Notes under the pieces: generated by a model
Databases searched by the model: none
What the model saw: the letters and a program-made list of their open reading frames with translations, nothing else
Told to the model about the DNA's origin: nothing
Part shown: in pieces, positions 30,401 to 36,723 of the stretch
Layout: each line of letters starts with the position of its first letter
How positions within the stretch are numbered: position 1 is the stretch's first letter
Program-made: the position numbers and the translations under genes
Virus record (IMG/VR): IMGVR_UViG_3300013121_000034
Span: 65,024 to 129,023 of that record
Length of the DNA: 64,000 nucleotides
Reading direction: 5' to 3' (one strand)
Origin: a virus
Lineage: Duplodnaviria; Caudoviricetes

Positions 30401-33400
30401 CGAACGTCGTCAAAATACAAATCAGCGGTCGAGGCCGTCCAATTGCCAACAGCGAACGTGATATAAGCTACACCGGCAGGGACGGTATATGTTCCGCTGT
30501 AGTAGGTCCATACATTTGGAATGGCACTGTCGGCGGTTATCAAATTCGTGATCGACGTGTTATCGTCGACATTTGCAAGCGAATTGGCCGTTGAACCGAT
30601 AAAGTTCGTTGTGGGTTTAGACGTCAACTCATACATACGAATGAAAAGGCCATTCGTCGAGGACGTGCTACCTTTTACCCACACATTCCACGCCAAAATC
30701 CATCCCGGCTTAACCGGAATGGCGCGTGCGCCATACATCGTGCCGTGCGTAGAGTTGTCAGCGATCTTAAATGATGCTGCACCGTTGTTTTGCTGCGTCA
30801 AATCACGCGTCATAACAAGCGACGTCGTTGTGGCGCGATGAATTGCCCGCCAAGCAGATGCGTTTGTTTCTGCGTCAGGATTTGAGATTAAGTTCGAACC
30901 GAAATTCGCGATATTGAGTTGATCGACCGTAATCGAGTCGGCTGCTATTTCTGTCGCCGTAATCGTGCCTGCGGCAATCTTTGCTGCTGTGATTGTACCA
31001 ACAGCAATGTGCGAGCCGACAATGCTACCGTTTTCAATGGAAACCGTGTCGATTTGGCGACGGAAACGCACATCATCGAAATAAAGATCGGTAGTGGAAG
31101 CAGCCCAATTACCGACAGAGAAAGAAACAAAGCGAATACCGGCAGGCACGGTATAGGTGCCGCTATAATACGTCCACGTATTTGGAATAGCGCTATTTGC
31201 AGTCACCAAATCCGTTGTCGACGTTGCTGCGTCAACGCCGGTCAACGAGTTGGCCGTGCTTCCTACAAACTTTGTAGGGACAGCCGTCGATGATTCATGG
31301 ACGCGAATATATAGGCCAGCCGCCGAGGCGCTTGCGCCTTTAATCCACACACTCCACGCCAGCACCCATCCGGCCTTCACGCCGACCGCGCGCGAGCCGT
31401 ACATGGTGCCATGCGTTGAATTGTCTGCGATCTTAAATGAGGCTTCGCCGTTTATCTGATCGCTTGTATCGCGTGTCAAAATAAGCGAGGTTGTCGTTGC
31501 ACGCGCAACGGCTTTCCATCCCGCAGTGTTCGCTTCGGCATCTGGATTGATAATAAGATTGGAGCCGAAATTCGAAATAGTCAGTTGATCGACAGTAATG
31601 CTGTCGGCTGCTATTTCTGTCGCCGTAATCGTGCCTGCGGCAATGTTTGCTGCTGTGATTGTGTTTGCGGCTATCTTTGTTCCAGTGATCGTGCCGTCTT
31701 CGATAATCACGCCTTGTAGTTGGCGACGGAAACGCACGTCATCAAAGTTCAAGTCGACCGTAGACGCTGTCCAATTGCCGACAGAGAATGATACGTATTT
31801 TACACCTACCGGGACGGTGTAGGTGCCGCTGTAGTACGTCCACGTATTTGGAATAGCGCTACTGGCTGTAATAAGATCGGTCGTGGACGTAGCATTATCA
31901 ATGCCTGTTAGAGAATTGGCCGTTGAACCAATAAAGGGCGTTGTCGGTTTCGATGTGAGTTCGTGAACGCGAATATACAAACCATTTGTCGACGCGCCAG
32001 AGCCGCGCACCCAAAGGCTCCACGCAAGAATTTCGCCAGCTTTAACCGGAATGGCGCGTGCGCCAACCATAGTGCCGTGCGTGCTGTTATCGGCGATCTT
32101 AAATGATGCATCGCCGCTGTTAGACGAGCCTGTATCGCGCGAGAAGACGAGTGAGGTAGACGTCGCACGTGCGTTTATGCGCCATCCGCCCAAATTGTCT
32201 TCGGCATCTGGATTGATAATAAGATTGGAACCGAAATTGGCGACAAGCAGCTTATCCACTGTGAGCGTCGGAATAACTGCTTCTTTTATGTAGGTAATGC
32301 CACCAGTAATCTCGAAAGGCGAGTCGCCCTCTGTACCAGCCTCGTTGCTGATGATAAATTTATCAGCTTGAATTTTGACGACAGAGTAATCTTCGTCGGC
32401 TGACAACTTTATGAGGCCGGTAATGACGCCGCCGACGTTCACTTGAACGCCCCACTGCGCCATAATACCATCAACGCTTTCGGCAAATTCCGTTATCGTT
32501 GCGAGCGCACCATCGACTTCAGTGCTGATCGTTGTAATCAAGCCTGCAAGAACGGTATCGGCATCTGCGCGCGTAACTGCTTCAACTGTAATACGCGCGT
32601 TAGCGCCTTCCGCGCTTGCTCCAGACAGCATGCGCGCGTTGGTGAAATACCAACGCTTCGCAGAAGCGTAAGTATTATTAGCAGTCGCGATTTCCAAAAC
32701 AAGTTCGGCTTGCGTAACTGCGTCGTAAGTTGGTGAGGCGGACGGCGTTGCTTCGCCTTTTATACGCGCCCACGAAACTGAGGCTGAGCGCGTCGCAATT
32801 GTTTGCGTGCCGAGCAACGTGTTGTCGTTGTCGTAGTAATTGATTTTCAAAGAAAGATCGGGGGCCGTGCCGCTCGATGTGGCGCACATAACCTCCGCGT
32901 ATAGAGTCTCGCCTTTGATAATAGGCAAACGACGGCCAACATACTTGGCGTATTGCGTGCCAAAGCGCGCAACGTATTGGTATGGGCAATTCTCAGGGAC
33001 TTCGAGTTCATCGCGATTTAGACGAAGGCCACTATCGCCGCTGAACTGCCAGCCTTCAAGGGCCTGCTTAAAGCGCGAGTTTGTAATCGTGTTGACGAAA
33101 TCCATATCATAGCGCGCAGCGAGCGTGTTGATATTGGAAATCGTAATGCCGTCACCGCCAAATCCACCCGCCAAAACCTCTACGGTGTAGTTGTGCGTTT
33201 CGAGAATGTTTTGAACGCCTTCGGCGACAACCTCAACAATTACGTCCGCTTGCGTGACGGAGACAGAATTTGTCGTAATATTGGTTTGGACGACATTCTC
33301 AATTGTCGTCACAGAAAGATTGACCGCCGGTTCATCGACCGGCGTTATTGTATTTATTGTGTTGATCGGCGTAAGCGTATTGCCAACGTCGAGGATTTGG

Positions 33401-33501
33401 ATTGCATTAAGAACGTCAGCAGGCAGAGTCAACGACGTTGGAAATTCGTCAACGGTGATCTGATTGTCGTTCTCGATGACTTGAATTGTGACGGCGCTCA
33501 T
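15403..33501 (-). CDS. giant tail fibre/adhesin (6032 aa): DUF1983-like segment, ~16 CBM-like jelly-roll domains, long decapeptide-repeat shafts
   Basis: AQWGVQVNVGGVITG...IQADKFII...PF...YIKEA (lambda J/DUF1983-like); repeated NLIxNPDAE...W...YFDDVRVRR domains; TITAxxIAxx repeats. Confidence 0.9.
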   Translation of the reverse strand: MSAVTIQVIENDNQITVDEFPTSLTLPADVLNAIQILDVGNTLTPINTINTITPVDEPAVNLSVTTIENVVQTNITTNSVSVTQADVIVEVVAEGVQNILETHNYTVEVLAGGFGGDGITISNINTLAARYDMDFVNTITNSRFKQALEGWQFSGDSGLRLNRDELEVPENCPYQYVARFGTQYAKYVGRRLPIIKGETLYAEVMCATSSGTAPDLSLKINYYDNDNTLLGTQTIATRSASVSWARIKGEATPSASPTYDAVTQAELVLEIATANNTYASAKRWYFTNARMLSGASAEGANARITVEAVTRADADTVLAGLITTISTEVDGALATITEFAESVDGIMAQWGVQVNVGGVITGLIKLSADEDYSVVKIQADKFIISNEAGTEGDSPFEITGGITYIKEAVIPTLTVDKLLVANFGSNLIINPDAEDNLGGWRINARATSTSLVFSRDTGSSNSGDASFKIADNSTHGTMVGARAIPVKAGEILAWSLWVRGSGASTNGLYIRVHELTSKPTTPFIGSTANSLTGIDNATSTTDLITASSAIPNTWTYYSGTYTVPVGVKYVSFSVGNWTASTVDLNFDDVRFRRQLQGVIIEDGTITGTKIAANTITAANIAAGTITATEIAADSITVDQLTISNFGSNLIINPDAEANTAGWKAVARATTTSLILTRDTSDQINGEASFKIADNSTHGTMYGSRAVGVKAGWVLAWSVWIKGASASAAGLYIRVHESSTAVPTKFVGSTANSLTGVDAATSTTDLVTANSAIPNTWTYYSGTYTVPAGIRFVSFSVGNWAASTTDLYFDDVRFRRQIDTVSIENGSIVGSHIAVGTITAAKIAAGTITATEIAADSITVDQLNIANFGSNLISNPDAETNASAWRAIHRATTTSLVMTRDLTQQNNGAASFKIADNSTHGTMYGARAIPVKPGWILAWNVWVKGSTSSTNGLFIRMYELTSKPTTNFIGSTANSLANVDDNTSITNLITADSAIPNVWTYYSGTYTVPAGVAYITFAVGNWTASTADLYFDDVRVRRQIDTLTFEDGSVTGGKIASATITATQIANSTITATQIANSTITATQIANSTITGGKIANTTITASNIQGGTITGTEIASATIANSNIVNSTITGGKIAANTITAANITAGTITATEIAANTITSAQIAAGTITATEIAADSITVDKLVVANFGSNLILNPDAEENLAGWRIVARATTTSLAFTRDTTTVNGGTASFKLADNSTHGSFAGSRAFAVKAGQILAWSVWINGSGASAAGLYIRMYELTSAPSTRFVGSTSNSLTSVDASTSTTELITADSAIPNTWTYYEGTYTVPAGVKYATFAIGNWTASTVDLYFDDVRVRRQIDAVTIEDGVITNAKLVNATITGAKIANTTIAASNIVNSTITATQIANSTITATQIANSTITGGKIAGTTITASNIVNGTITATQISDATITNAKIVDATITGAKIAANTITASNIAAGTITASEIAADSITVDQLNIVNFGSNLIANPDAEIDVARWRIIARATTTSLVFTRDTTQQNSGEASFKIADNSTHGSVLGARAIAVKPGWILSWSVWIKGSSASAAGLYIRMYELTSAPTTKFVGSTLNSLTGVDNNTSVTELITGDSAISNSWTYYSGTYTVPASVKYISFGIGNWTASTADLYFDDVRVRRQLDTITFEDGAVTGGKIASATITASNITNSTITATQIANSTITGGKIAGTTITASNITAATITATEIANSTITATQISNSTITGGKIAGTTITASNITNATITTTQIAASTITGGNIAGTTITASNIVAATITASEIANSTITGGKIAGTTITASNIANSTITTTQIANSTITGGNIAGTTISASNIVSSTITATQIANSTITGGKIANATITGANIAGATITDSNIVGGTITGASIAAGTITASNIAAGTITATEIAADSITVDQLTIANFGSNLISNPDAEENLARWKAVARATTTSLVLSRDTTQQLSGIASFKIADNSTHGTMYGARAIAVKPGWILSWSVWIKGSASSTNGLYIRMHEITSAPSTKFVGSTLNSLTGIDAATSTTDLVTADSAIPNTWTYYSGTYTVPAGVIYVTFSVGNWTASTADLYFDDVRVRRQLDTIVFEDGSVTGLKIAGTTITASNIANSTITATQILNSTITGGKIANTTITASNIVAATITASEIANSTITGGKIAGTTITASNIAAATITASEIANSTITGSKIAGTTITASNIFGGTITATEIANSTITGGKIAGTTITASNIVNATITTTQIANSTITGGNIAGTTISASNIVSSTITATQIANSTITGGKIANATITGANIAGGTITDSNILGGTITGASIAANTITASNIAAGTITASEIAADSITVDQLTLADYGSNLIRNPDAEANIAGWRAVARATTTSLVLSRDTTQQNTGTASFKIADNSTHGTMYGARAFSVKAGWILAWSVWIKGSAASTNGLYIRMHELTSKPATNFVGSTLNSLTNIDAATSTTDLVTADSAISNSWTYYSGSYTVPAGVQYVTFSVGNWTASTADLYFDDVRVRRLLDTITFEDGAVTGGKIASATITASNITNSTITATQIANSTITGAKIAGTTITASNIVNATITTTQIASSTITGSNIAGTTITASNIANTTITASQIANSTITATQISNSTITGGKIAGTTITASNIVAGTITGTEIASATIAASNIINSTITGGKIASATITGSNIAGGTITDSNILGGTITGASIAAGTITASNISAGTITASEIAADSITVDQLNFVNFGSNLIANSDAETNIAGWRAVQRATTTSLVLSRDTSQQNNGAASFKIADNSTHGTMYGARAIAVKPGWVLAWSVWIKGSSASAAGLYIRMHELTSAPTTRFVGSTGNSLTNVDNATSTTDLVTASSAIPSSWTYYSGNYTVPAGVLYITFSVGNWTASTADLYFDDVRVRRQLDTLTFEDGAITGGKIANVTITAANITSGTITATEIANSTITGGKIAGTTITASNIQNATITTTQIANSTITGGNIAGTTITASNIANTTITASQIANSTITATQITNSTITGGKIAGTTITASNIVAGTITATEILNSTITGGKIASATITGSNIAGSTITDSNILGGTITGASIAAGTITAANIAAGTITASEIAADSITVDQLNIVNFGSNLISNPDAEDNLARWRAVARATTTSLVLTRDTTQQNSGEASFKIADNSTHGTVYGARAIAVKAGWILSWSVWVKGSSASTNGLYIRMYELTSAPTTKFVGSTLNSLPNVDNATSTTDLTTANGAVPSSWTYYSGTYTVPASVKYITFGVGIWTASTADLYFDDVRVRRQLDTITFEDGAVTGGKIASATITASNITGGTITATEIANSTITGGKIAGTTITASNIVNATITTTQIANSTITGGNIAGTTITASNIANTTITASQIANSTITATQITNSTITGGKIANTTITGANIVNATITATQIQANTITATEIAAATITATEIAASTITGAKIAATTIAAGNIVSGTITTTQIAATTIVAGNIASSTITATQIAASTITGAKIAANTITASNIAAGTITATEIAAGTITAANISAGSITANEIAVDSITVDKLTFVNFSSNLIRNPDAEVDLADWTETHRSGSALVLSRDTTNQNSGAASFKITDNGANGSFYGARAFAVKAGEKLAWSIWIDGSSASANGLYIRMIEKNAKPTARYLGQSALTDVDNAYTSTTDLITGNSAIPSSWTYYSGTYTVPAGIKYVTFSVANWTASTADLYFDDVRVRRVLDTITIDDDAITNAKILASTITGAKIAGTTIAASNIVSATITTTQIANSTITGSNIAGTTITASNIANSTITGGKIANTTITASNIVGGTITNAEIASATILDANITASTITGSKIANTTIAAGNIVNSTITATQIANSTITGGKIANTTITASNIVGGTITGTELANTTITNSHIVNSTITGGKIAGTTITASNITNATITTTQIANSTITGGNIAGTTITASNIANTTITASQIANSTITATQITNSTITGGKIAGTTITASNILGATITTAEIAASTITGSNIANSTITGGKIAGTTITASNIQGSTITASEIANSTITGGKIANATITGANIAGGTITDSNILGGTITGASIAAGTITASNIAAGTITASEIAADSITVDQLTIADYGANLIRNPDAEANIAGWRAVQRATTTSLVLTRDTTQQNNGAASFKITDNSTHGTFYGARAFGVKAGWILAWSIWIKGSAASTNGLYIRMHELTSKPSTNFVGETSNSLTGVDLRTSFTDLVTVNSAIPSSWTYYSGSYTVPAGVQYVTFSVANWTASTADVYFDDVRVRRLLDTITFEDGAVTGGKIANATITASNITGGTITATEIANSTITGGKIAGTTITASNIVNGTITGTQISNATITGGLIANTTITGANIVNATITATQIQSATITATQIAATTITAGNIVSGTITGTQIAATTIAAANIVAGTITTTQIAATTIVAGNIAASTITATQIAATTITAAKIAANTITAAQIAANTITASQIAAGTITATEIAVNTISASRIILSDSSNLLADVDFADSTYWTLTSGTYDTTAETTTTLGLVRTVKTPVGNGTTSQATSNLTVIAVGQYSPVEAGKSYRAASKILIKNGFTGIVGVIINWYKSDGTTAASTAFSWQYGTDYRTVAKSGGDGVQYIDAIFVAPSDAYFARYYTQVAWSTTLNNAQYALMGQPRINRATSAELIVNGTITGTKIAATTVAANNIVAGTITTTQIAATTIVAGNIVSGTITGTQIAATTIAAGNIVAGTITTTQIAATTIVAGNIAASTITATQIAATTITAAKIVANTITASQIAASTITATEIAATTITAAKIAANTITASQIAAGTITATQIAAGTITAANIAAGSITATELAVGAITASRIVAIGGNNYILDPEFSDVPDYWSLGSGWATDTSTEVTVDPPAGMGAVRGLKTPVGNGTTSQAANTSSIGASSNWFPVDGGAYFRVAVEYFLKSGFTGRAGAQVIWYKADKSTQVSTTTIFDPSFNDYRTTAYAGASTANAFLVIIQAPSTAVYGRFSLRIDWSSTQNNAQYIIYTKPSFRPMLDEALIRSDSIVGPKIAPASIYDDRIFPGTLTGGSIASATITGSNIAGTTIAASNIINSTITGAKISGSTITASNIVGGTITATEIASDAITTIKILNANVTGAKIANTTVAAGNIVSSTITATQIANTTITGAKMVNNTVTATQINAATITTTEIASLTIVAGNIANTTITGGKLVNATITTTQIAAATIAGSNIAATTIAAGNIVSGTITTTQIAASTITGSNIAATTIAAGNIVSSTITATQIANTTITGAKMVNNTVTATQIAAATITATEIANSTITGGKIANNTITAANIAAGTITSAEVSTSILTSADYKGVDNAYNLEANFQGNLVASGIPTGWADWSAGAANTTRVTGCVSKYAAQIAAAAAAANVGILQHLTDTAGAAPMYPGWYRIVGDITLGAGSLTAAGILTQWRLTGLGTVQESWSINFATDADIAGTVHGAGTVGRRYQFAKTFQVTTSTVRSVTLYAMAHWSTFGSTAGAATIIFNRCALERVSDAEVISMTIPANIVAGTITSAEITNGTITGSDIAATTIAAGNIVSSTITATQIANTTITGGKLVNNTITATQIQAATITTTEIAATTIVAGNIANSTITGGKIANTTITAANITASTITATEIANTTITGGKIAATTITGSNLVNGTITATQIAALAITASKHVIKDFNNYIADPLYTDSTYWTFGSGWTLDTSTDCTTTLNVPSGAKTVTGNGTTSQGNSETSQTATDSYVWIEPGKPLRVAARAFVKSGFTGLIRIIISWLKQDKSTSASTASDTFTIGSDYRNVAAGADTTASLDTRITAPSDAVWARYRCQVVWSTTLNNAQYAIFAAPRFERGVTDELSGDSYLLTATAANANTTVSVPAGFAVYGNIFVDNTTAAAVTGGVKIGTTNGGTQVVVAQAVAANDLIHITDANIVKRIFSKSASQTLFIQAVTAWNGCTVNFSIPIRKVF
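16270..31730 (-). repeat. coding tandem 30-bp (10-aa) repeats in blocks alternating with ~0.5-kb repeated domains
   Basis: Units such as TITATQIANS, TITGGKIAGT, TITASNIVNA recur throughout, with third codon positions varied. Confidence 0.9.
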
Positions 33502-33508
33502 GCGCTAA

Positions 33509-33895
33509 CTACCAATCAATAAGACCTTGCACGGGGTTGTCCACGACTTCAATTTCGCCGGACATGAGAAGGTGAGAATAATTCACAGTGGGTACTTTTA
33601 TAAGCACGCCGTATTTATATTTGCCACGCTTCAAGCCGACCGTCTTAGCGGGCGTCAAATTCAGTGTGATGTTAGGGTTGCTCGTTCCTGAGAACGTGAA
33701 AGGAGTGTCACCGTCGTTGCTCTTTGCTTCAAGCGCGACGGTATCGGTGTCGAAATCGGCGCGCATCTGAAACCACGCCTTGTAACCCGTAACGTCAATA
33801 ATGGCGTTTGCGTTATCGCGGTAGACGCAGCGCAAAAGAAAGGTCGTCCCAATGTATAGGGTACGATCCAATTTGCCGGGAATTTGTGACGACAT
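33509..33895 (-). CDS. beta-sandwich fibre connector/adaptor-like protein
   Basis: GTTF...D...IDVTGY...I-x-L-x-LTP...G-x-I-x-V pattern; directly upstream of the giant fibre; paralogous to 62870..63238. Confidence 0.65.
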   Translation of the reverse strand: MSSQIPGKLDRTLYIGTTFLLRCVYRDNANAIIDVTGYKAWFQMRADFDTDTVALEAKSNDGDTPFTFSGTSNPNITLNLTPAKTVGLKRGKYKYGVLIKVPTVNYSHLLMSGEIEVVDNPVQGLIDW

Positions 33896-33928
33896 TCAAA
33901 ACCCGCCGCTAATAGAGCCTTCACAAGA

Positions 33929-33937
33929 AAATTAGAC
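33929..33937 (-). promoter_or_regulatory. putative late promoter GTCTAATTT (fibre operon)
   Basis: Intergenic copy of the recurring 9-mer. Confidence 0.55.
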
Positions 33938-33969
33938 TCAGCGGCAGGCAATCTTTTTATGCTACCCGA

Positions 33970-34719
33970 TTATGGGAGCGGCGCAAATGAGTGCAGCACC
34001 AAATGGATAGGCGCAAACTTATTGAACAACTCGATGAAATCCGCTTCCACCACGTCAGGAAATAGGTCGTCATCATATTCGACCGTGACGTGATTGGTGG
34101 GATACCAAACACCATCGACAGGATCATCAATAATCGTGTCGCCGGTTTCGGAAGCCACGTCATTTGTCAAATCAACGTAGGTTGCTGAGTTGGCATCAAA
34201 GCGCGCCCACATGTATTTCATTATGAAGCGCACGCCCTTCAAATAACCGATATAGTCGATAAAAGAATCTGTGCCCTTGGTGAGATAGAACTCGCCAAGG
34301 GTCATATTGAGGCGCACCAAATCCTCGTCGTTCATTCGATCAGCGAGGATATTGAAGCCCATTTCCTGCGCGCTGCGAATTAGCAAATCGCGCTCATTCG
34401 TCGCGTGAATGTCCTCAAGCGTGGATTCGCTCACACCATCCGACACAATAAGATCGTCGGCAATTGGCGGATCAGGGTAGAACGACGTTTTGTGCACGAC
34501 GTCTTCGATTTTGTAAACCGCACCGCCGCGACGCAATACGCGACCGCGCCGAAATTTGAGCGGATCACGTGCGTTCAAAAGATACGTCATAGGCTCGTAG
34601 ACATTACGGCCCAATACGGTGCGAATTGCGTCCGCAAAATCCGCCCACACCGGCGCTTGCCGAACGCGTGTCGGCAAGAGTTTTTTGGGATCAAATGGGT
34701 CTTCGAAAAGATCAGACAT
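33970..34719 (-). CDS. baseplate wedge subunit (P2 gpI/T4 gp7-like)
   Basis: Follows baseplate J; FYLTKGTDSFIDYI and C-terminal APIHLV motifs. Confidence 0.7.
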   Translation of the reverse strand: MSDLFEDPFDPKKLLPTRVRQAPVWADFADAIRTVLGRNVYEPMTYLLNARDPLKFRRGRVLRRGGAVYKIEDVVHKTSFYPDPPIADDLIVSDGVSESTLEDIHATNERDLLIRSAQEMGFNILADRMNDEDLVRLNMTLGEFYLTKGTDSFIDYIGYLKGVRFIMKYMWARFDANSATYVDLTNDVASETGDTIIDDPVDGVWYPTNHVTVEYDDDLFPDVVEADFIELFNKFAPIHLVLHSFAPLP

Positions 34720-34722
34720 GGC

Positions 34723-36270
34723 TTAATCCATCAACTCAGGACGCGACGCGTATTCGGTATTGATCGTGACCGTACCGAGTTTGATCCATGCGGTGTTTTT
34801 GATTTCGCGGTCGGTCGAGGGCGTTGTGAGCGTGACGTGATCCACTTTGTATGTGGGATCGCGTAGTACGTTCGTAATGTCGTCGCGATAGCGCGAAAAA
34901 CCAAGTAGGCCACGACGCTTGCGGAAATGGAGCAGGATTTTCTGCACCAAAAAGTTCTGTGCCGAAATCAAATCCACGCCGGGCAAGCAATACACAGTCG
35001 CTTCAATATTGAGCGTGATTTCCTCCGGCGGCACGAGCAGATAGTTGTAAGGGTATGTCAGGCTTTCCATATATGAGCGGAAGGCCGCTTTTGTAGGATC
35101 AGACCATGCCGACTCTGTGAGCAAGATAGCCGTGACGACATTTTGATAACGCACGTCGTTCGGCTTGGTATCTTTTTGTCCAAGCATAACAGCATCCAAC
35201 ACGCCGGGATATTCAAGAGCGGCAGCTTCCATATCCTCACGCGTAACGGCGCGTCCTTTTCTCGCGTAAATCGTAGGTGCAACAACACGGTAATAAGCGG
35301 GCGAACGCTGGTCATCACCGCCTTCCGCCTGAATTGTCGTTTCGCCAGATAGCAACGGATAATCGCTTGCGTTGACGGACAGATGCGATTGCGAAATGTT
35401 GCCGCGCGAACCGAGCGTCGTAGCGTACTTAAAATTGATGACAGCCGCATTGGCAGGCAAGCGGCCAAAAACGCCATTGCCAAATTCCAATTCGACATTG
35501 CCGTATTGCGTTGTGCGGTCCATGAAAACGTAATCGGTCGCGGCGTGCGCTGCGAGGCCATCGGTCACGCGCGTATAGACCTGATTGCCGACGCCAACTT
35601 TTATGTAGACGTCTTCGTCGGCAATGGCGAAATCGGAATTGCCAATTTCGAAACGCTGATACGGTTCACCGCTCGACGTTTTGGCGTCGGTTTCGATTGT
35701 GCCCTGATACAAGTCGACGTCGAACACTTGCGTTGTGCCAGCCGGAAAAACGACCGCCGTGCGATTAAAGAACGGAACGCCGTTCACGCTAAATTGCGTG
35801 AGGGCTGGAATCGTCGCGCCAGCAAGCGAACCATACGTGAGATTTGCACGTGTGCGTGCCGGACGTTTACGCGTCAAACGCACGCCGTTTCGAATTGCCG
35901 ACAAGTAAATGGCGGCAGGACTCGTAGCGGTGTCTGGAAAGTTCTCTTGATTAGCGCGCTCAATTGACGTTTGCAGCATCGCGCCAAGGGCCGCAACAAA
36001 TTCGATAAGCGTTTCACCGCCGCCCGATGCGCTAAATTCATTCCACGATTGCTTGGTCGCCAATTCGGCTTGAAGCTGATAAAGAATGGCTTCGTAGGAC
36101 GGTTTAATGGCGCTCAAAACAACAGGCGCATCACCAAACGACGTCATATAGGTTTGGAAATACGCAGACAGCGCGTTGGCAGAAATCGTAATGTTGTGAT
36201 CGTCGTCAAGCTTTGTGGACAGCCACGCAGCAAGTTCATCGACGATAGCGGTGACGTAACTGGAAGGCAT
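34723..36270 (-). CDS. baseplate wedge protein (T4 gp6/baseplate J-like)
   Basis: ENFPDTAT...FGNGVFGRLP...Y-x-x-T-x-G-x-x-GN...GGDD...RAVTREDME. Confidence 0.9.
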   Translation of the reverse strand: MPSSYVTAIVDELAAWLSTKLDDDHNITISANALSAYFQTYMTSFGDAPVVLSAIKPSYEAILYQLQAELATKQSWNEFSASGGGETLIEFVAALGAMLQTSIERANQENFPDTATSPAAIYLSAIRNGVRLTRKRPARTRANLTYGSLAGATIPALTQFSVNGVPFFNRTAVVFPAGTTQVFDVDLYQGTIETDAKTSSGEPYQRFEIGNSDFAIADEDVYIKVGVGNQVYTRVTDGLAAHAATDYVFMDRTTQYGNVELEFGNGVFGRLPANAAVINFKYATTLGSRGNISQSHLSVNASDYPLLSGETTIQAEGGDDQRSPAYYRVVAPTIYARKGRAVTREDMEAAALEYPGVLDAVMLGQKDTKPNDVRYQNVVTAILLTESAWSDPTKAAFRSYMESLTYPYNYLLVPPEEITLNIEATVYCLPGVDLISAQNFLVQKILLHFRKRRGLLGFSRYRDDITNVLRDPTYKVDHVTLTTPSTDREIKNTAWIKLGTVTINTEYASRPELMD

Positions 36271-36282
36271 GATTTTTGTTCC

Positions 36283-36720
36283 TTAGTTGATGCTCGAATA
36301 CAGGTCGGCATCAAACCGGCCAAATTGTGTGCGGACTCCGGTAGGCGTGAAAAGATCGTAGGTCAATCCAATGCGATAATAGCCCTGATCGATGAAAGGG
36401 ATGATGCTGAAATTGCGGCGTGAGGCTCCAACAACAGGCACCCACATACGCACAGTGTCGATAACCTCACTTTCAATCATCCACGCGTGTTTGCGTGTGA
36501 TTGGTTTTTGCAGCAAGAAAGGCACGTCTGAACCAAATTCAGGATTGAACGGGCGCTCGCCCGGCACTGTGAAAAGAACGTTGTAAATCATCGCGTTGAT
36601 GGCGAACTCGTCGTAGACCATAAAATTTGCGCGATAGAGCGAATAGCCCAATTCCAAATCGATAATGGTATGGGCGCGGTCTTCGATGTTCTTTCCGGTC
36701 GGATCGTATGTGTATTGCAT
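36283..36720 (-). CDS. baseplate protein, gp25/gpW-like
   Basis: NVLFTVPGERPFNPEFGS motif. Confidence 0.9.
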   Translation of the reverse strand: MQYTYDPTGKNIEDRAHTIIDLELGYSLYRANFMVYDEFAINAMIYNVLFTVPGERPFNPEFGSDVPFLLQKPITRKHAWMIESEVIDTVRMWVPVVGASRRNFSIIPFIDQGYYRIGLTYDLFTPTGVRTQFGRFDADLYSSIN

Positions 36721-36723
36721 GGA

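Noticed and set aside
16256-31822. Many + strand ORFs rich in V/I/A/M/P or C/R opposite the giant fibre
   Set aside because: Antisense shadows of the decapeptide repeat; no independent starts or domain content.
15403-33501. Repeats considered as a CRISPR array or DGR template/variable pair
   Set aside because: They are in-frame coding repeats varying at third codon positions, with no constant repeat-spacer pattern, no adenine-specific variation noticed and no reverse transcriptase in the window.
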